A stretch of 63,892 bases of DNA, the filler included, from Octopus bimaculoides (lineage: Eukaryota), in the NCBI RefSeq assembly GCF_001194135.2. It is 9 parts of 8 records of this genome, joined end to end, with 100 filler letters (N's around TTAATTAATTAA, not from the genome) between each part and the next. Parts side by side here need not be neighbours in the genome. Positions count along the whole stretch, not along the records: positions 58,764 to 62,577 come from NC_069003.1; positions 62,678 to 63,892 come from NW_026319323.1; 7 more parts are not named here. The stretch is one strand, 5' to 3'. Below the pieces are notes generated by a model. It saw nothing but the letters and a program-made list of their open reading frames with translations, was not told the DNA's origin and did not search any database. Positions 60,765 to 63,892 of the stretch are shown piece after piece; positions within the stretch are counted from its first letter, which is position 1; each line of letters opens with the position of its first letter. The translations under genes were made by a program, and so were the position numbers.

Positions 60765-62138
60765 NNNNNNNNNNATATATATATACATATATATATATAT
60801 ATGTGTGTGTATATGTATATATATTTGCATGCATGTATGTATATATGTATACATATGCATAGGTGCTTATATGTATCCTTATGTGTGACAGTGTAATTCC
60901 TCTATATACATATAATCATGTATATATTTTTACACATTCTTATAAATAGATGCGTAGATTAAATATGTCTATGTACATACATAAATTCATGCATGCATAC
61001 ATACGTACATACACACATACACACACACACACATATATATATAAATGCGTGCGTGTGTATATGTATATCTGTGTATACAGATATATGCATGAACACATCG
61101 AGATACACACAGCCACATACTTATGTGTATATACATATACATACACGCTGGTTTATTAAGTTGTTAAAAATCCGGATGAAAAATAATAAAATACACAAAG
61201 CAACTCCAACCCAGCTATCTACCTTACTTACCTCCCACCACTACAACCACCGATCACCACCACCACCATCACCACTAACACTACCATCACAACCACCACC
61301 ACCACCACCACCACCACCACTACCACCACCNNNNNNNNNNNNNNNNNNNNNNNNNNNNNNNNNNNNNNNNNNNNNNNNNNNNNNNNNNNNNNNNNNNNNN
61401 NNNNNNNNNNNNNNNNNNNNNNNNNNNNNNNNNNNNNNNNNNNNNNNNNNNNNNNNNNNNNNNNNNNNNNNNNNNNNNNNNNNNNNNNNNNNNNNNNNNN
61501 NNNNNNNNNNNNNNNNNNNNNNNNNNNNNNNNNNNNNNNNNNNNNNNNNNNNNNNNNNNNNNNNNNNNNNNNNNNNNNNNNNNNNNNNNNNNNNNNNNNN
61601 NNNNNNNNNNNNGTGATGGTTTTATAGAATTTTTTCTTTAATTTCTCTTTACTTCCAATTCTCAATTTGTCTTTAAAATCTTGTTCTCTTCATTCTCATC
61701 ATTGTTTCTGTTCTTGTTGTTATTGCATTGATTGTTGTTACTGTTGTTGTTGTTTTTGTTGTTGTTGTTGCTGCTGCTGCTGTTGTTGTTGTTGTTGTTG
61801 TTGTTGCTGTGTTAAGCAATCCGAGAGTTGAAATTTAATTTTTGGAAAAGCGATATGATTTGTTTTTCCAGAAAGATCATTCTCGTTTTCTCTCTTCCTT
61901 TCCCTCTCTTGCAGTTTCTTTCTCTCACTTTCTCTCCCTCCCTGCTTCTCCCCCCGTCTCTCATTCTCACGTTATCTCTTTCTTAGCATTTCCCTCTTCT
62001 TGTTTTTTTCCGAAACCACCGCAAAAACTCTCTGCCTGTTTTTAATTCTTCGTGTTTATCCTTCACCGGGTTTTATAGCTCTGTTGCGCTTATTGCTGTT
62101 ATTAATGTTATTGCAATTACTCTTAAACGCTACCATTC

Positions 62139-62342
62139 GGCAGGATCGTTGATGCGTCGGACAACATGCTCAACGACATTTCTTCAAGATCTTTACATTC
62201 TGAGTTCGAATTCCGCCGAGGCCGTCTTTGCATTTCACCCTATTCGGGTCGATGAAATAAACACCAGTTGAACAATGGAGTCGAGGTAATCGAGGAGCCC
62301 CCACCTCCACAATTTCAGGTCTTGTCTCTATAATGGAAATAA
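62139..62342 (+). mobile_element. SINE family D
   Basis: GGCAGGATCGTT...CTGAGTTCGAATTCCGCCGAGG...TTTCAGGTCTTG. Confidence 0.75.
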
Positions 62343-62470
62343 TTTGGGGAATAAAAAGAGTACTACTTCAACACTGTGGTCGAGGAAATCCACTTCCCCA
62401 CTCCACGAGTTCGCTTGCTTTGCAACAAAATTTCAAGTCATTATCATTATAATCATCATCATCATGATCA

Positions 62471-62517
<47 letters not shown>

Positions 62518-62849
62518 GTTATTATTATTATTATTATTGTTATTGTTGTTGTTATCATTAGGCGCAGGAGTGGCTGTNNNNNNNNNNNNNNNNNNNNNNN
62601 NNNNNNNNNNNNNNNNNNNNNTTAATTAATTAANNNNNNNNNNNNNNNNNNNNNNNNNNNNNNNNNNNNNNNNNNNNGTACTTCTATGAGAAGTGTTCTT
62701 CATTTTAACTAAAGTTACTCATGTACAAGAGTAGGTACCGACAACTACCAAAATGTATTCTAATCGAAAAAAGCAAAATGGAGGTTAAAAAATCTGCACC
62801 AATGATGCACTACAACTGTGTGCACAGTCTATCAAAGGGTTACTCACTT

Positions 62850-62988
62850 TAGCCAGCTGATTGGACAGGAGCAATGTGAAAGAAGCGTTTTGCTTAAGAA
62901 CACAGTGCATCACCTGGCTCAGGACTTGAAACCACAATCTTATAATCATGAGTTCAACACCCTAACCACTAAGCTGTGCACCTCCACT
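62850..62988 (-). mobile_element. SINE family C 5' part, old
   Basis: TTGCTTAAGAACAC...CCCTAACCACTAAGCTGTGCACCTCCA. Confidence 0.65.
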
Positions 62989-63054
62989 AGTAGTGATTTT
63001 GGCAGTCGTAAATGATGATGGTGAACATGATTATGGTGATGATGGTTGTGGTGA

Positions 63055-63250
63055 TGTTGATGCCCTTCCAACCACTCTGCAGAGGGGACTCAATACTTTT
63101 TACATGGCACTAGCACAGGTGAGGTTAGTTTTGGGCAGGATTTCTATGCAGCTGGGTATCCTTGCAAAAGCCAACCACTTTAAAGTGTGGACTGGGTGCT
63201 TTTTACGGGACACCAGCACTGGCAGGGTCATCAAGTAACTAGCAAAACAA
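63055..63250 (-). mobile_element. Old RTE-subfamily 3'UTR fragments
   Basis: GATGCCCTTCCAACCACTC; GCCAACCACTTTA...GGGTGCTTTTTAC. Confidence 0.6.
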
Positions 63251-63687
63251 GGAATTATGAGAGGGGCAGGGACATTTGTGGAGGAGAACTCATGTCAGAG
63301 GATGAAAGGTTAGAAGGTGAGAAGGAAAGAGATTGGTAGAAACAAGCTTCTTGCTATAATGGACGGGGCATTGGAGGAGGTATCTGGTATCAGATGATGA
63401 GAGGTTAGAATGTGACAGAGAAATAAGGGTACAGAAATAGGTGTGTTGCTATAGAAAAGGTACATGGTTACCCAGTGTGAGAGAGAGAGAGTGTGGGGTG
63501 AGAAGAGAGAGACAGTGCAACCAAGAATGAGGGCAGAATTAGGTATGCTGCTGCGGAGGAGATACATGGCTACCCAAAGGGAAGAGCGAGTGAAGAGAGA
63601 GAGAGAGAAGAAAACAGCAAAAATATAAGACAGAACAGGAGAGAGATGGTGAAGTGGCAGGGTGTACTCACAAGAAACAAGGATCAC

Positions 63688-63892
63688 TAGGTTATGGGCA
63701 TGTAAACTTACCAGCACCTGTTGTCAAGTGGTAATGGAGACAAACAGACACAAGCACACACACAGATTATGACAGGCTTCTTTCAGTTTCCCTTTACAAA
63801 ATCCACTCACAAGGCTTTGATTGGCCTAAGGCTAAAGTAGACGACACTTGCCCAAGGTATCACACAGTAGAACTGAACCCAGAACCATGCAA
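63688..63892 (-). mobile_element. SINE family A, runs off the window edge
   Basis: TTGTCAAGTGG...TTTCAGTTTCC...CCACTCACAAGGCTTTG...CCCAAGG. Confidence 0.85.

Overview
Eukaryotic, AT-rich, repeat-saturated and gap-riddled DNA. The SINE/LINE families look like those of an octopod cephalopod; this is an inference from memory, not a database hit. I found no credible host protein-coding gene. Almost all ORF-track entries are microsatellite, low-complexity, N-run or transposon read-throughs. The window contains four tRNA-headed SINE families, many 5'-truncated RTE-type LINE ends with (GAT)n tails (one with ORF plus full 3'UTR), and remnants of Tx1/L1, Penelope (RT and GIY-YIG), Dong/R4, I-like and CR1-like LINEs, a Gypsy element, two mariners and hAT derivatives. 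Eight artificial TTAATTAATTAA joins and several gap-flanking duplications are assembly artefacts. The main result is a set of hammerhead-ribozyme (HHR) bearing non-coding elements. The best is a ~348-bp ORF-less tandem monomer (22242-23205) in two back-to-back arms of more than one unit each. It carries a type I HHR whose core shows the compensatory U3-A8 pair instead of C3-G8, with a palindromic stem III (ACTAGT). It resembles a retrozyme or Penelope pLTR copied from a circular RNA. A second, unrelated foldback family (28596-29140) also has a U3-A8 core, and three further minimal HHR-like motifs occur at about 38250, 44960 and 53700. All protein and RNA-structure calls are by eye and need computational confirmation.
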